The position numbers and the translations under genes were made by a program. Below are positions 1-9,219 of a DNA stretch of 64,000 nucleotides, piece after piece (the stretch's first letter is position 1; each line of letters starts with the position of its first letter). Location: assembly GCA_964637135.1 (NCBI GenBank), contig CAZWTX010000004.1, forward strand, positions 1-64,000, in the 5' to 3' direction. Origin of the DNA: an uncultured Methanospirillum sp. (lineage in GTDB: Archaea > Halobacteriota > Methanomicrobia > Methanomicrobiales > Methanospirillaceae). Under the pieces are notes generated by a model. It was not told where the DNA came from and ran no database searches. It worked only from the letters and a program-made list of their open reading frames with translations.

Positions 1-581
1 AGGATCCGGCTCACCTTGATCGACCGCGTCGGGCACTGCTCCTCGCAGGTCTTGCATCCCGTGCATTTATCCTCGTGGTACACCACATTCAGTCCCTTTG
101 TCACATGCATGATCACATCGGGAGACATCGACGTTCCCTTCGCAGCAAGCTGGGGATCGATCTCCTTGTTAACCGGGCAGGCCACCGTGCATACCCCGCA
201 TCCCATACAGGTAACCGGATTAACCTGGATATGGAAGGTGAACTGCATGTACGTGCTGTCACGGGCATTCATGGTATGAACCCGTCCTCCGTCAAGAACC
301 AGTTCCGGACAGATCTCGATACAGAGGCCGCACCTGATACAGTGCCCGGGATGAACCCGGGGACTCCAGACCGGGGGATCGCCCTGGTGAATCACCTCGA
401 TGGCATCAGGGGCAGGGCAGATCATCATGCACTGGAAACAATGCGTACACTCCTTATCGGTCACATGGGGAAATTCCCGGAAATGAGGCGGCGTCTCCAG
501 GGGTGCCGTCCGGGCAGTGAAGAATGTCCAGATCCAGGATCCGGTGCATATGTACTTCAGGTACGGGATGACAGGAAGCAT
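1..581 (-). CDS. ehaP: Polyferredoxin (EhaP-like), 3'-truncated by the window edge; absent from the ORF track
   Basis: Manual translation from ATG at 581: MLPVIPYLKY...CTHCFQCMMICP...CIRCGLCIEICP...CMGCGVCTVACP...CTGCKTCEEQCP. Four CxxCxxCxxxCP motifs, directly downstream of the hydrogenase large subunit. Confidence 0.85.
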   Translation of the reverse strand, partial: MLPVIPYLKYICTGSWIWTFFTARTAPLETPPHFREFPHVTDKECTHCFQCMMICPAPDAIEVIHQGDPPVWSPRVHPGHCIRCGLCIEICPELVLDGGRVHTMNARDSTYMQFTFHIQVNPVTCMGCGVCTVACPVNKEIDPQLAAKGTSMSPDVIMHVTKGLNVVYHEDKCTGCKTCEEQCPTRSIKVSRI

Positions 582-584
582 GGT

Positions 585-1670
585 TCATCGCTCCGTGCAT
601 GCAATACAGGGATCTGAACTGATGTAGGTAGCGGTTACGTCGGCGATCGAGGTAACCCCCGGGATCATGTACTTCGCACAGGCCTCGATGTTCATGATAG
701 ACGGGGTCTGAATAGATATCTCCTGTATTCGTCCCTGGGTGTCGGTTTTCAGGCGGTATGTCAGTTCTCCCCGGGGTGCCTCGGCATGGTAACTGGCATG
801 TCCCCGTCCAATGGTTCCCCCTCCCCGGATGAGTCCCTCAGGAAGGAGGGAGAGAGCGGTCCGGATCAGTTCAGCACTCTGGATGATCTCGTCAAAGCGG
901 ATCATGATCCTGGCATGGTTATCCATCCCGGTCCGGACAACCGGCACAAATCCGGCTCTCTGGTAGATCGGGTGAGTTGATCGGCAGTCCTCGGCAATAC
1001 CGGAGGCCCGAATCGTCGGACCCACGGCATGGGCCGCCCGTGCCTGTTCGGGCGTCAGGATCCCGATCCCCCTGCTCCGGAGGCTGATAAGCGGTCCGGA
1101 ATCGAACATATCCATGTATTTTTTCGTGTCCTGCGCAATCCTTGCGGCACCGGAAAGGATCCGCTCCTTGTCCTCATCAAGGAGATCGAACCTGACACCG
1201 CCGGGAACAATGTACGAACAGGTCACCCGTGCGCCGGTGAGGTACTCGAGGAGATCCATTGCCGTTTCCCGGAGATTGAGGAGGTACATCGCGAGTGTTT
1301 CATGCTCTATCGTGTAGCAGTATGAAAAATTGGCAATGAAATGGCTCTGGATCCGGTCCAGTTCATTTGCCACGAGCCGGAGCAGGGCTGCCCGTTCCGG
1401 AGGTTTTATTCCCGAAATTTCCTCAAGTGCTTCGATGAAGGTATAATTATGAATTACCGAGCAGATTCCGCAGACCCGTTCGGCAAGGAACATCACCTCC
1501 TGCCAGGGTCGTCCCTCCATGATCCGCTCTATTCCCTTCTTCATGTACCCGAGTTCCAGTTCGGCGGCGATCACCCGTTCCCCGAAGGTCTCGCACTTGA
1601 GCCGGCAGGGCTCCTTGAAGATCGGGTGAACCGGGCCGAGTGGAATTGAGACGTCAACAACTTTCTTCAT
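585..1670 (-). CDS. ehaO: Group 4 [NiFe]-hydrogenase large subunit (Eha)
   Basis: RVCGIC and DPCIAC Ni-binding motifs; ends CIACTER with no cleavable C-terminal extension. Start moved to MKKVVD, which gives an ATGA overlap with the upstream gene. Confidence 0.92.
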   Translation of the reverse strand: MKKVVDVSIPLGPVHPIFKEPCRLKCETFGERVIAAELELGYMKKGIERIMEGRPWQEVMFLAERVCGICSVIHNYTFIEALEEISGIKPPERAALLRLVANELDRIQSHFIANFSYCYTIEHETLAMYLLNLRETAMDLLEYLTGARVTCSYIVPGGVRFDLLDEDKERILSGAARIAQDTKKYMDMFDSGPLISLRSRGIGILTPEQARAAHAVGPTIRASGIAEDCRSTHPIYQRAGFVPVVRTGMDNHARIMIRFDEIIQSAELIRTALSLLPEGLIRGGGTIGRGHASYHAEAPRGELTYRLKTDTQGRIQEISIQTPSIMNIEACAKYMIPGVTSIADVTATYISSDPCIACTER

Positions 1671-2119
1671 TGCTTCTCCTCCCAGTCCTGGAATATCGTC
1701 GGGGCAACGGAGAGGACTGCCTGGATGATTTCGGTCGGTCGGGGCGGACAACCAGGAACTTCGGCTGCAATCGGGATGTAATTCCTTGCCGGGGCATGAA
1801 TGTAACTCTGTGGCCGTCCAAAGACACATCCTGATATCGGACAGTTCCCGATGGCAATTGCCGCCTTCGGTTCAGGGATCTTCTCCCAGATCATCCGGAG
1901 CTTGTCTTCCCATTGCGAGGTGACACTGCCGAGAACGAGCAGGATATCAGCTTCTCTCGGGTTGTTATGCACGTATATGCCATACTGTTCGAGATCGTAC
2001 CGGGGGGAAAGGCAGGCGAGAACCTCGATGTCACATCCGTTGCAGGATCCGGTATCCACGTAACAGACATGGATGGACCGTGACCTGACCGCGTTCTTGA
2101 ACTTCTGTAACAGACTCAT
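1667..2119 (-). CDS. ehaN: Eha hydrogenase small subunit (NuoB-like)
   Basis: GSCNGCDIE, GNCPISG and VPGCPPRP motifs. Confidence 0.93.
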   Translation of the reverse strand: MSLLQKFKNAVRSRSIHVCYVDTGSCNGCDIEVLACLSPRYDLEQYGIYVHNNPREADILLVLGSVTSQWEDKLRMIWEKIPEPKAAIAIGNCPISGCVFGRPQSYIHAPARNYIPIAAEVPGCPPRPTEIIQAVLSVAPTIFQDWEEKQ

Positions 2120-2502
2120 GGAAGATGCTCCCGGAGGAATTCTCTCGCTGTTCTGGCTGCTTCCGAAAGGGATAACCCCCGGTCTAATTCCGATTCAGCA
2201 ACCCTGACTGCCTGTTCCATCTCTTCACGGGGAATAAGGGGGATGTATATGGTGTAGAAGTCGTATCCGATGGCCTTATGGAGGGGTTTTTTCAGGTCTC
2301 CCTCCTTCGTCCAGGTTTCGTACCGGATTGCCAGCGCTTCCAGGCTCATCATATCAAGTCGTTCGATCAGGATCCTGCGGAGTCTCTGGAGGGGAATCCC
2401 CAGGTGCCTGGCAATTGCCTCCACTGCCTCCCGGTGATGGGCACTCGTCAGGATGGAGAATTTCATCTGGTTCAGATCACGTTCGTACACGAGTTTCTTC
2501 AT
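2116..2502 (-). CDS. ehaM: Eha soluble subunit (EhaM/DUF1959-like)
   Basis: Operon position, translational coupling, hydrophilic 128 aa protein. Confidence 0.7.
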   Translation of the reverse strand: MKKLVYERDLNQMKFSILTSAHHREAVEAIARHLGIPLQRLRRILIERLDMMSLEALAIRYETWTKEGDLKKPLHKAIGYDFYTIYIPLIPREEMEQAVRVAESELDRGLSLSEAARTAREFLREHLP

Positions 2503-2744
2503 ACCAGACCTCCGGATTTAAGAATGGCATACAGGCCGAAGAGGAGGATACAGATCCAGAGCAGGGCCATCTCTCCGGTATGGAGGTGCTCTTCGTCGTG
2601 GGAGAAGGGAAGCAGGGAGATAAGCACAGTAACTCCTGCACCGAGGATTGCCTGCCAGAATACATGCCCCTGCATGAATTCGGCAATGAACAGGGCCGTG
2701 TACCCGATTCCGCCGGCAAGGAGGATGATCCTGATCAGATTCAT
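2499..2744 (-). CDS. Small Eha membrane subunit (EhaL-like position)
   Basis: MNLIRIILLAGG start with ATGA overlap; about three hydrophobic segments. Confidence 0.65.
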   Translation of the reverse strand: MNLIRIILLAGGIGYTALFIAEFMQGHVFWQAILGAGVTVLISLLPFSHDEEHLHTGEMALLWICILLFGLYAILKSGGLV

Positions 2745-3583
2745 AGCATCACCTTCACGATCAGGATATAGATGACCATGAGGCCGGTGATGATCGTCTG
2801 GAGGGCAACCGCGTCGTATGGAGAGAGCATCGGGGTGAATGCGCAGACAAATGAGAGCGATATGAGGAGGACAAGCATGACGAGGAACATTAGCCACCAG
2901 GGAAGTGCACCGATGAAAAGGAGCACGAAGGCCAGAAGGAGCACGAAGGTCTTGATGGCATATGCAATTTCAAGGCCTGCCCGCCACGCCCCGAAATGCT
3001 CGGTCCGGTTCCCTGAAACGATCTCTTTCGCCTCGATGATAGAGAACGGGCCGTAGTGCATCTTGGAGAGAACAACCAGGTACATCGCGGCTGCCACCGG
3101 GAAAGCAGCAATAAAGAGCGGCCCGTGATCATTCTGCCAGGCAATGATATCAGATATCATGAGCGACCCGGTGAAGAGATAGATCCCCCCGATCGTCGCA
3201 AAAAGCGGGATTTCAGAAGCAGCAGACATCACTGATCTGATTGCCCCGAATTTCCCGTACGGCGATCCTGAAGAGAGCCCGAGACCGTGCTCCACGATCT
3301 TGTGAAGCATGAAGACGGCAAAGAGCAGGAGGAGGCTTCCGCCGGTAAGCACCACTGCGAGTGCCCCGGTCCAGATCGTGATCGCGGCTGCTACGATGAA
3401 GACAAAGAGCGGCATGCTGGCGGTCAGCGGGATCCAGGTCTGTTTGAAGGCAAACTTGAGCGTATGGAGGATCTCCTGCCAGATCGGGGGTCCGGGCCGT
3501 TCCTGGATCCTCGCAATGACCTTCCGGTGTATCCCGTGAAAGAGAAGCCCGAGCACTGTTGCGATGGTAATCTGTACAATCAT
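2741..3583 (-). CDS. ehaJ: Eha membrane subunit, NuoH/complex I subunit 1 family
   Basis: RKVIARIQERPGPPIWQ and GAIRS...SEIP motifs. Confidence 0.88.
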   Translation of the reverse strand: MIVQITIATVLGLLFHGIHRKVIARIQERPGPPIWQEILHTLKFAFKQTWIPLTASMPLFVFIVAAAITIWTGALAVVLTGGSLLLLFAVFMLHKIVEHGLGLSSGSPYGKFGAIRSVMSAASEIPLFATIGGIYLFTGSLMISDIIAWQNDHGPLFIAAFPVAAAMYLVVLSKMHYGPFSIIEAKEIVSGNRTEHFGAWRAGLEIAYAIKTFVLLLAFVLLFIGALPWWLMFLVMLVLLISLSFVCAFTPMLSPYDAVALQTIITGLMVIYILIVKVML

Positions 3584-3584
3584 T

Positions 3585-3794
3585 TCAGTATCCCATGAAC
3601 GGGTAATCCCCTTCTTTTGTTGCTGCGCTCCATGAAAGGAAGAGCGATAATACGCATACCGGCGTGCAGAGGATGAAGATAACCATCAGGAGCCATCCCG
3701 GTTCGGTTCCGAGGGCCAGGGCTCCGCTCGTAAGGATAAGTCCGGTTCCTGACAGGAATGTAACTATTCTGGGTGTTGATTTCTTCATACGCAT
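3585..3794 (-). CDS. Small Eha membrane subunit (EhaI-like position)
   Basis: MRMKKSTPRIVTFL...YPFMGY with two hydrophobic helices; fills the gap between ehaH and ehaJ (alternative start 3788). Confidence 0.6.
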   Translation of the reverse strand: MRMKKSTPRIVTFLSGTGLILTSGALALGTEPGWLLMVIFILCTPVCVLSLFLSWSAATKEGDYPFMGY

Positions 3795-4450
3795 CACACG
3801 GTGAGAATGATCTCGACGACCCGAAGGAAGATCAGCAGGGAACTGACATGGATCATCAGGACATACGGGGCCCCGGGAGCCCGCGTGATCTCGGCCTTCG
3901 CGACATAGAACGGTGCCATACCCTCTCCCATCACGCCAAGTACCAGAAATCCCTTTGCCGCCAGGGGAACAAGGCCAAGCCCGGCAAGTTTCCATATCGC
4001 AAGACTGCCACAGGTAGCAAGGGCAATGGCAGCCCCGCCGAAAAGGAAGGTCGTGGCCACCATCGCGACGATCCCATAGTTGAAGGCAGCATTAAGAACA
4101 TACCGGTTGTTCACCGAAGCGACGATTCCGATGTTCGTTATCCCGACAAAGGCCGTAAAAAGGGTGAAATTGAAGAGATCCCCGGAAACAACGGCTCCAA
4201 GCGTGGCAAGACCGCAGGCGATGGCCATGAACCGCTGGAAACGGAGGTCATCGGAAGCGATCTCCTTCGTGTAGTAGCCGTCAGTGCCAAAGACGATCTC
4301 TGCCTGTCGTTCCGGCCGGGCGATAATCGCCATGATGATGAAGGCAGTTGCGAAAAGGAAGAGGATTGTCGTGTAGACACTGAAATAATCCACGATATCC
4401 CCGAACTCAAGGACAAATAACTGGTCTCCCTCGATTGGCAGATCAAACAT
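3794..4450 (-). CDS. ehaH: Eha membrane subunit H (antiporter-like fragment)
   Basis: GDLFNF, AAFNYG and GEGMAPFY motifs; multiple TM helices. Confidence 0.75.
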   Translation of the reverse strand: MFDLPIEGDQLFVLEFGDIVDYFSVYTTILFLFATAFIIMAIIARPERQAEIVFGTDGYYTKEIASDDLRFQRFMAIACGLATLGAVVSGDLFNFTLFTAFVGITNIGIVASVNNRYVLNAAFNYGIVAMVATTFLFGGAAIALATCGSLAIWKLAGLGLVPLAAKGFLVLGVMGEGMAPFYVAKAEITRAPGAPYVLMIHVSSLLIFLRVVEIILTV

Positions 4451-5039
4451 TCCGCCCCTCCCGCATGGTCCCGATCAGGGCCATCTTCGTGGTCACCTTC
4501 AGGAGAATGGCCCCGCCGGAGAACATCACGGCGATCAGCCATGCCTGGGGGAGGATCATGAAAATGAAGAAGGCGATGATCCAGAGTGCCCAGCTGTACC
4601 CGGAGATTGTCTCAAGCAGTTCAAACCTCTCGTTATGCCCCTTGCAGAGGAAATAGAAGAGGATCCCAAGCCCTGCGACCGCTCCGCCCGAGAAGCCTGA
4701 AAGGATGATCCCGTACACAACGAGGGCAAACGTGATGATTGGGGGTGCCGTATCCATGACCTCGATCCTGACCGGGTTCCCGGCCGGGACAGGGAGGTTC
4801 TCTTTTTTCAGGTAAATTTCTGTCAGGGCGAGAAGTTCCGATATTCCCACGACAAGGCCGGGGAGAACGAGTGCCTCGGCAAGATCGGTTGCAACCAGGC
4901 AGACGATCACGAGGCCAGCCGTTTCGACGAGATCGACGATGAGAATTTTGTGGATATCATCCCGTTCTCTGAAGAGGGCGATGAAAGAGATGAGAACACA
5001 GATAAGGGTAACCCCGAGACCGATCTGGTAAAAATCCAT
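4443..5039 (-). CDS. ehaG: Eha membrane subunit G
   Basis: TDLAEALVLPGLVV and LSGFSGGAVAG motifs; operon order. Confidence 0.78.
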   Translation of the reverse strand: MDFYQIGLGVTLICVLISFIALFRERDDIHKILIVDLVETAGLVIVCLVATDLAEALVLPGLVVGISELLALTEIYLKKENLPVPAGNPVRIEVMDTAPPIITFALVVYGIILSGFSGGAVAGLGILFYFLCKGHNERFELLETISGYSWALWIIAFFIFMILPQAWLIAVMFSGGAILLKVTTKMALIGTMREGRNV

Positions 5040-5509
5040 CAGGGTTCCCTCCGGCGGAAGATATACGAAGCGATGGCGAATGCAACAAAGAGGATACTGG
5101 TCTCGACTACGGTATCAAATCCACGGGTATTGTACAGGATCTCGTCAAGGATCCCACCCGGATGTGCCACGATGGTTGTCCCGAGGAACAGCGTGGCATT
5201 TGCCAGGAACCAGGAGAACGGAGTCAGGTAATTGGTCACGTACCCCGCCGTGGGTGAGTTCTCCGGAAACTGGCTGTGGATTTCAGCCTGGGTAAAGGGC
5301 GGTCCGCCCCGGTCATAGGGATCAAGCGGGGAGAGGCGATCGATGTTCTTCGGGTAGAGTTGATCCCCGTGGTATCCGATTGTCGGGATCAGCAGGATGG
5401 CAGATATCGTAACGATGATCCCGAGTGCAGCATAGACGGCCACCAGGTTTTCATACGTGGCCATGCTTCCCGAAAAGGCACGAAAGAGCCTGCCGACAAT
5501 CCGGATCAC
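5039..5509 (-). CDS. ehaF: Eha membrane subunit F
   Basis: PYDRGG and PGGILDEILYNTRGFDTVVE motifs. Confidence 0.8.
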   Translation of the reverse strand: MIRIVGRLFRAFSGSMATYENLVAVYAALGIIVTISAILLIPTIGYHGDQLYPKNIDRLSPLDPYDRGGPPFTQAEIHSQFPENSPTAGYVTNYLTPFSWFLANATLFLGTTIVAHPGGILDEILYNTRGFDTVVETSILFVAFAIASYIFRRREP

Positions 5510-5742
5510 ACGCTCACCTTCCGTTCGATCAGGAGGACCAGAACAAAGGTGGTGATGGTTGAGACGGCAATGAAAGTAAAGAGAGCGAGGGTCTCGTCGA
5601 ATGAAAGGGCCACGAGAAGCAGGCCGAATGCCGGGATCTCAAGGTTGATGAGCCTGGTCAGGTAGTCACGGTCCCGGGGGAACGCAGATGCAATGGTTCC
5701 GATCAGGAGCAGGACCAGTCCGAGATAAAATTCCGGGCTCAT
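5506..5742 (-). CDS. ehaE: Eha membrane subunit E (DUF2107-like)
   Basis: RLINLEIP...TLALFTFIAV; 78 aa hydrophobic; operon order. Confidence 0.72.
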   Translation of the reverse strand: MSPEFYLGLVLLLIGTIASAFPRDRDYLTRLINLEIPAFGLLLVALSFDETLALFTFIAVSTITTFVLVLLIERKVSV

Positions 5743-5969
5743 GCCTCCCCCTTCCGGCAGAGTTGGAGGATGATGACTGTAGAGAGCGGAATGATGACTG
5801 CGAGTGCTGCTGCAATGTCGAGGTATCCGCGATCGATGATAAAGGGCATCACGCTGCCTGCCATCAGTCCCATTGAGATCAGTTTTACATACGGGTCACG
5901 GGCATACCCGGCATATATCGCTCCCAGGATCAGGATTATTCCGAATACCAGGAGAATGAGATCATTCAT
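5739..5969 (-). CDS. ehaD: Eha membrane subunit D (DUF2108-like)
   Basis: Start MNDLILLV preceded by a GGAGG site; DPYVKLI...GYLDIA; operon order. Confidence 0.68.
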   Translation of the reverse strand: MNDLILLVFGIILILGAIYAGYARDPYVKLISMGLMAGSVMPFIIDRGYLDIAAALAVIIPLSTVIILQLCRKGEA

Positions 5970-6291
5970 CGCTGACCCCTCCGGCATAGGTGCTTGCAAT
6001 GGCGTTTGACTCGAAAGTCGAACCGATAAAATATGCTGCAGCGGCGATGATTCCAAGCGGATGCGGGATGAGCAGGGCCATCGATCCGGTGATTGCAAAT
6101 GAGAAGACATTCAGGAACGGGAGTTTTCTCATCGGATCAGGTTCGAGGATGATTCGGATAGCCGCATACAGGGCAATAGAAGCACAGATGAAGAGGGCTG
6201 CCTCGCTTGTACGGCTCAGAGAACTGACTGTCCCACTGACAAAGGGTTCTGTCCCCATTCCGAGCAGTCCGGTGATCAGCTCTCCGTTCAT
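5962..6291 (-). CDS. ehaC: Eha membrane subunit C (DUF2109-like)
   Basis: KLPFLNV...YFIGSTFESNAIAS; start taken at the ATGA overlap with ehaB. Confidence 0.7.
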   Translation of the reverse strand: MNGELITGLLGMGTEPFVSGTVSSLSRTSEAALFICASIALYAAIRIILEPDPMRKLPFLNVFSFAITGSMALLIPHPLGIIAAAAYFIGSTFESNAIASTYAGGVSDE

Positions 6292-6776
6292 GTCCGCATT
6301 CTCCATAGCCATCCGAGCAGCCGGCTGGCATGCCGGTGGGATATTCCCTGTATGGTAAGAATGGCGATAATCATTCCGGCAATGAACCATTCAGGCGCAA
6401 TCGAGAGGAATCTCATGCCTCCGTATACCATGAAGGTTGCAAGGAAACAGCCCGATGTTCCGGCATATCCGGGATCATGACAGATTCGGTTTCCTATGAA
6501 CACAAGGACAGTGGCAAGAAGGCCCCCGGGAATCCCGGCACAGTATACTCCACAGGCGGCAAGAAGTGTCCCGGCTGATGCATCCGGCGACGAGACGATG
6601 TTGCCCATCATCGTTCCGCCCCTCATGTCCCCGCCGGCACGGTGTACAGCCCGGGCTATTGCATCTGCTCCACTGACTCCCCCTTCTCTGGGGAGTTGCC
6701 AGAAAAGATCAACCGTTACAAACAGGATCCATGAACAGATCGCACTGATGCCGATCTGGAAAAGCAGATCAATCAT
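6288..6776 (-). CDS. ehaB: Eha membrane subunit B, first gene of the operon
   Basis: GNIVSSPDASAGTLLA and GNRICHDPGYAGT motifs. Confidence 0.75.
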   Translation of the reverse strand: MIDLLFQIGISAICSWILFVTVDLFWQLPREGGVSGADAIARAVHRAGGDMRGGTMMGNIVSSPDASAGTLLAACGVYCAGIPGGLLATVLVFIGNRICHDPGYAGTSGCFLATFMVYGGMRFLSIAPEWFIAGMIIAILTIQGISHRHASRLLGWLWRMRT

Positions 6777-7223
6777 GAGGCTGTTTTAGTAAGCTTCGGT
6801 GGAGTATCGGTTAAAGGTTTTGAGAGATATTGTCCCTGATGCAGAAAGACGTGTCAATTGTGACTGCTTTGAGCGGGTGGAATGTACGAATACAGCCGGT
6901 CTTCCTCCCTGATCTCTCATTGAATCTGCCTGAATTCAGGAACCAAACCGGAAAAAACAATCTTCGATTGCCGGAAACCGCTCGGACTTAATTATAAGAA
7001 AAAATTATGCATTTGGGTTAACAAAAGCGGTTGCTCTCTTCATTTTCATCATCATTGTCAGTCTTATCTTCCTGCGTTGCACCCAGATCTGCAGGATCTG
7101 TATAGGTTTTCGAATACCTGAGAGATCCAGGTGGATATACAACCTATGGGGGGTGTCTGGCCCACCCGGGTTTTCATTTGTCTCTTCGATCGGTTCAAGA
7201 ACTCATATTGCCTAGTGTAGGAT

Positions 7224-8093
7224 ATGCGACGGCATGCCCTGACTGACCTGGGGGGATTTATTACTGAACGCGGGGCAGAGAAGATGACTGTGAGACTCCG
7301 GATTCCTGCCGGCATCATAACACCTGATCAGATGGAAGGGATTGCAGCGATTGCCAGGAGATACCAGGCAGGTATTCATCTTACGACCCGGCAGACGATA
7401 GAACTCTCTCATATCGATCCGGCCCATGCCGAAATGCTCGTTGCAGACCTGTCTGCGAACCGGACGCCGCTCGGTGCCGAGAAGGCAGAAGTCGTAAACA
7501 TCACCGCTTGTCCAGGTCTTGACCGGTGTAAATATGCCCAGATCGACTCCATTTCGCTTGCCCTGGCCCTGGACCAGGATCACTTTGGAAAGGACATGCC
7601 GGTAAAATGCCGTATCGCGGTATCATCATGCCCGTTCTCCTGTACGAGTGAACATCTCTGCGAGATCGGGGTAACCGGTGTTGTAATCCCGTACCGGACT
7701 CCCGGAACCTGCACCGGGTGTGACAGTTGTGTACAATACTGCCCGGAACATGCGATTACTCTGGTAAACGGGAATATCCGCATGGATATGGATCTCTGTT
7801 CGTTCTGCGGAATGTGTATTCCCGGATGTCCGTATGGCATTATTTCTGCCGATTCTCCGTCATACCGGATAACAATAGGAGGAAGGAGAGGAAAACATCC
7901 ACGAAAAGGGATTCACCTGATAACGGTCAGGTCAGATCATACCGCACGACAGGTTGTCGGTGAGGTTGTAACCTGGATATACCGGTCTGCATGGGGAGGA
8001 TCCCTCCTTTCAGACCAGCTTGGCGATCTTGACGTTCACAAATTGGCAGACCACGTCCGCACGGGTATTCCCCCTGAGGAGATTGTAGAATGA
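7224..8093 (+). CDS. Small siroheme sulfite/nitrite reductase-like protein (Dsr-LP/AsrC-like) with ferredoxin domain, copy 1
   Basis: RLRIPAG, HLTTRQ, CPGLDRC (CX5C), CPFSC (CX3C) and two CxxCxxCxxxCP motifs. Confidence 0.85.
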   Translation: MRRHALTDLGGFITERGAEKMTVRLRIPAGIITPDQMEGIAAIARRYQAGIHLTTRQTIELSHIDPAHAEMLVADLSANRTPLGAEKAEVVNITACPGLDRCKYAQIDSISLALALDQDHFGKDMPVKCRIAVSSCPFSCTSEHLCEIGVTGVVIPYRTPGTCTGCDSCVQYCPEHAITLVNGNIRMDMDLCSFCGMCIPGCPYGIISADSPSYRITIGGRRGKHPRKGIHLITVRSDHTARQVVGEVVTWIYRSAWGGSLLSDQLGDLDVHKLADHVRTGIPPEEIVE

Positions 8094-9100
8094 ATAAAGA
8101 AAAAAACACGGGTTCATTCTCTTCAGTATCACGGGTTTCATCACCGGATTCATCTCTTAGTGGTACCTGTCCTGAGGATCAGGTACCCCTTGGGCAACTC
8201 ATCGCAGAGATCTGCTCCCTTGAAAGAACTGATCCCGATCAGGTGCACGGCCGGGTTCTTCACCTGATCCGGGAAGCGGCCTGCCGTCTGCTCATGCTCA
8301 GGAAATCTCATCCCCGGTTTTCTGAGAGTGAGTGGGCGTGGATTTCTGAAAAAACTCCTGACACGATCAGCCGCCGTGATGCAAACAAGTTTCTCACCGG
8401 TTGTATTCTCGAGTACCAGGCAGGAAATCTCGATGTATGGGATAATGCCGCGTATTTTATTGAGGAAGTTCTTGGTGATCCTGAGACCCTCTGGTCGGTG
8501 ATCGCCTCCTGTTCACGCGAAGAATGGGAGAGCCAGTTTTATGAATACAATCTTCACCGGGATCCGCTTGTTCATTCCCGCCTCTGGATGGTTGCGAACC
8601 GGATGACCCGGTTATACGCGGGTGACGCCAGGCAAATCTGGGAGGGGTATGGGAATGCTCCTCAGGAGGTCCTGAGACGCCTTCTCCTTCTTAAGATTCC
8701 CGGGTCGACGGCAAATCTTGTTATCGGGGCCCTGAAGGATGAACAGTACCTGAACGGGGTCCTCGATATCGTTGCAGACGTGGTTGACAGCCGGGTGATT
8801 GGCCGGGTGATCTGCGGGATCGCTGGGAGCCTCACTGCCCATGAAGCGGTATCCCTTGCGAGACTTGCCGCTCCCCGTGATCCCTGGAACCTGGACCGGC
8901 CGTTGTATGTTCTTGGCATGAGCACCTGTAGTCCCGGACCCCGGTGCCGACCCTGCCCGCTCAGGAATAACTGTGTCTATGAAGTTGCACAACGGCTTGC
9001 GTTTCCGGTTGGAAAGATTGTGTATCAGACCCTTTTCGAATACAGCATAAGAACTGAACAGAAGACCCTGAAGCGGTGGCAGTCCGAAAGGGAAGAATAA
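8090..9100 (+). CDS. HhH-GPD/endonuclease III-like protein with C-terminal Fe-S cluster loop, divergent
   Basis: CSPGPRCRPCPLRNNC FCL-like motif; eroded HhH region; ATGA-coupled to the upstream gene. Confidence 0.6.
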   Translation: MNKEKNTGSFSSVSRVSSPDSSLSGTCPEDQVPLGQLIAEICSLERTDPDQVHGRVLHLIREAACRLLMLRKSHPRFSESEWAWISEKTPDTISRRDANKFLTGCILEYQAGNLDVWDNAAYFIEEVLGDPETLWSVIASCSREEWESQFYEYNLHRDPLVHSRLWMVANRMTRLYAGDARQIWEGYGNAPQEVLRRLLLLKIPGSTANLVIGALKDEQYLNGVLDIVADVVDSRVIGRVICGIAGSLTAHEAVSLARLAAPRDPWNLDRPLYVLGMSTCSPGPRCRPCPLRNNCVYEVAQRLAFPVGKIVYQTLFEYSIRTEQKTLKRWQSEREE

Positions 9101-9219
9101 CGGCCCCTGGCTTTTATTTGAGGTAATCATGATTCATTCCCTGGTATCATGACCCGATGATATAGTCCCCATCAGCGGGAGAGAGAACATTAATCTGGTT
9201 TATCCATACCTGTACAGGT

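Noticed and set aside
1671..1829. N-terminal extensions in the ORF track (ehaO, also ehaD, ehaL-like, nitroreductase, fmdE, fwdC, fwdD, fdhB)
   Set aside because: They overlap upstream genes or lack a ribosome-binding site; downstream starts fit translational coupling better.
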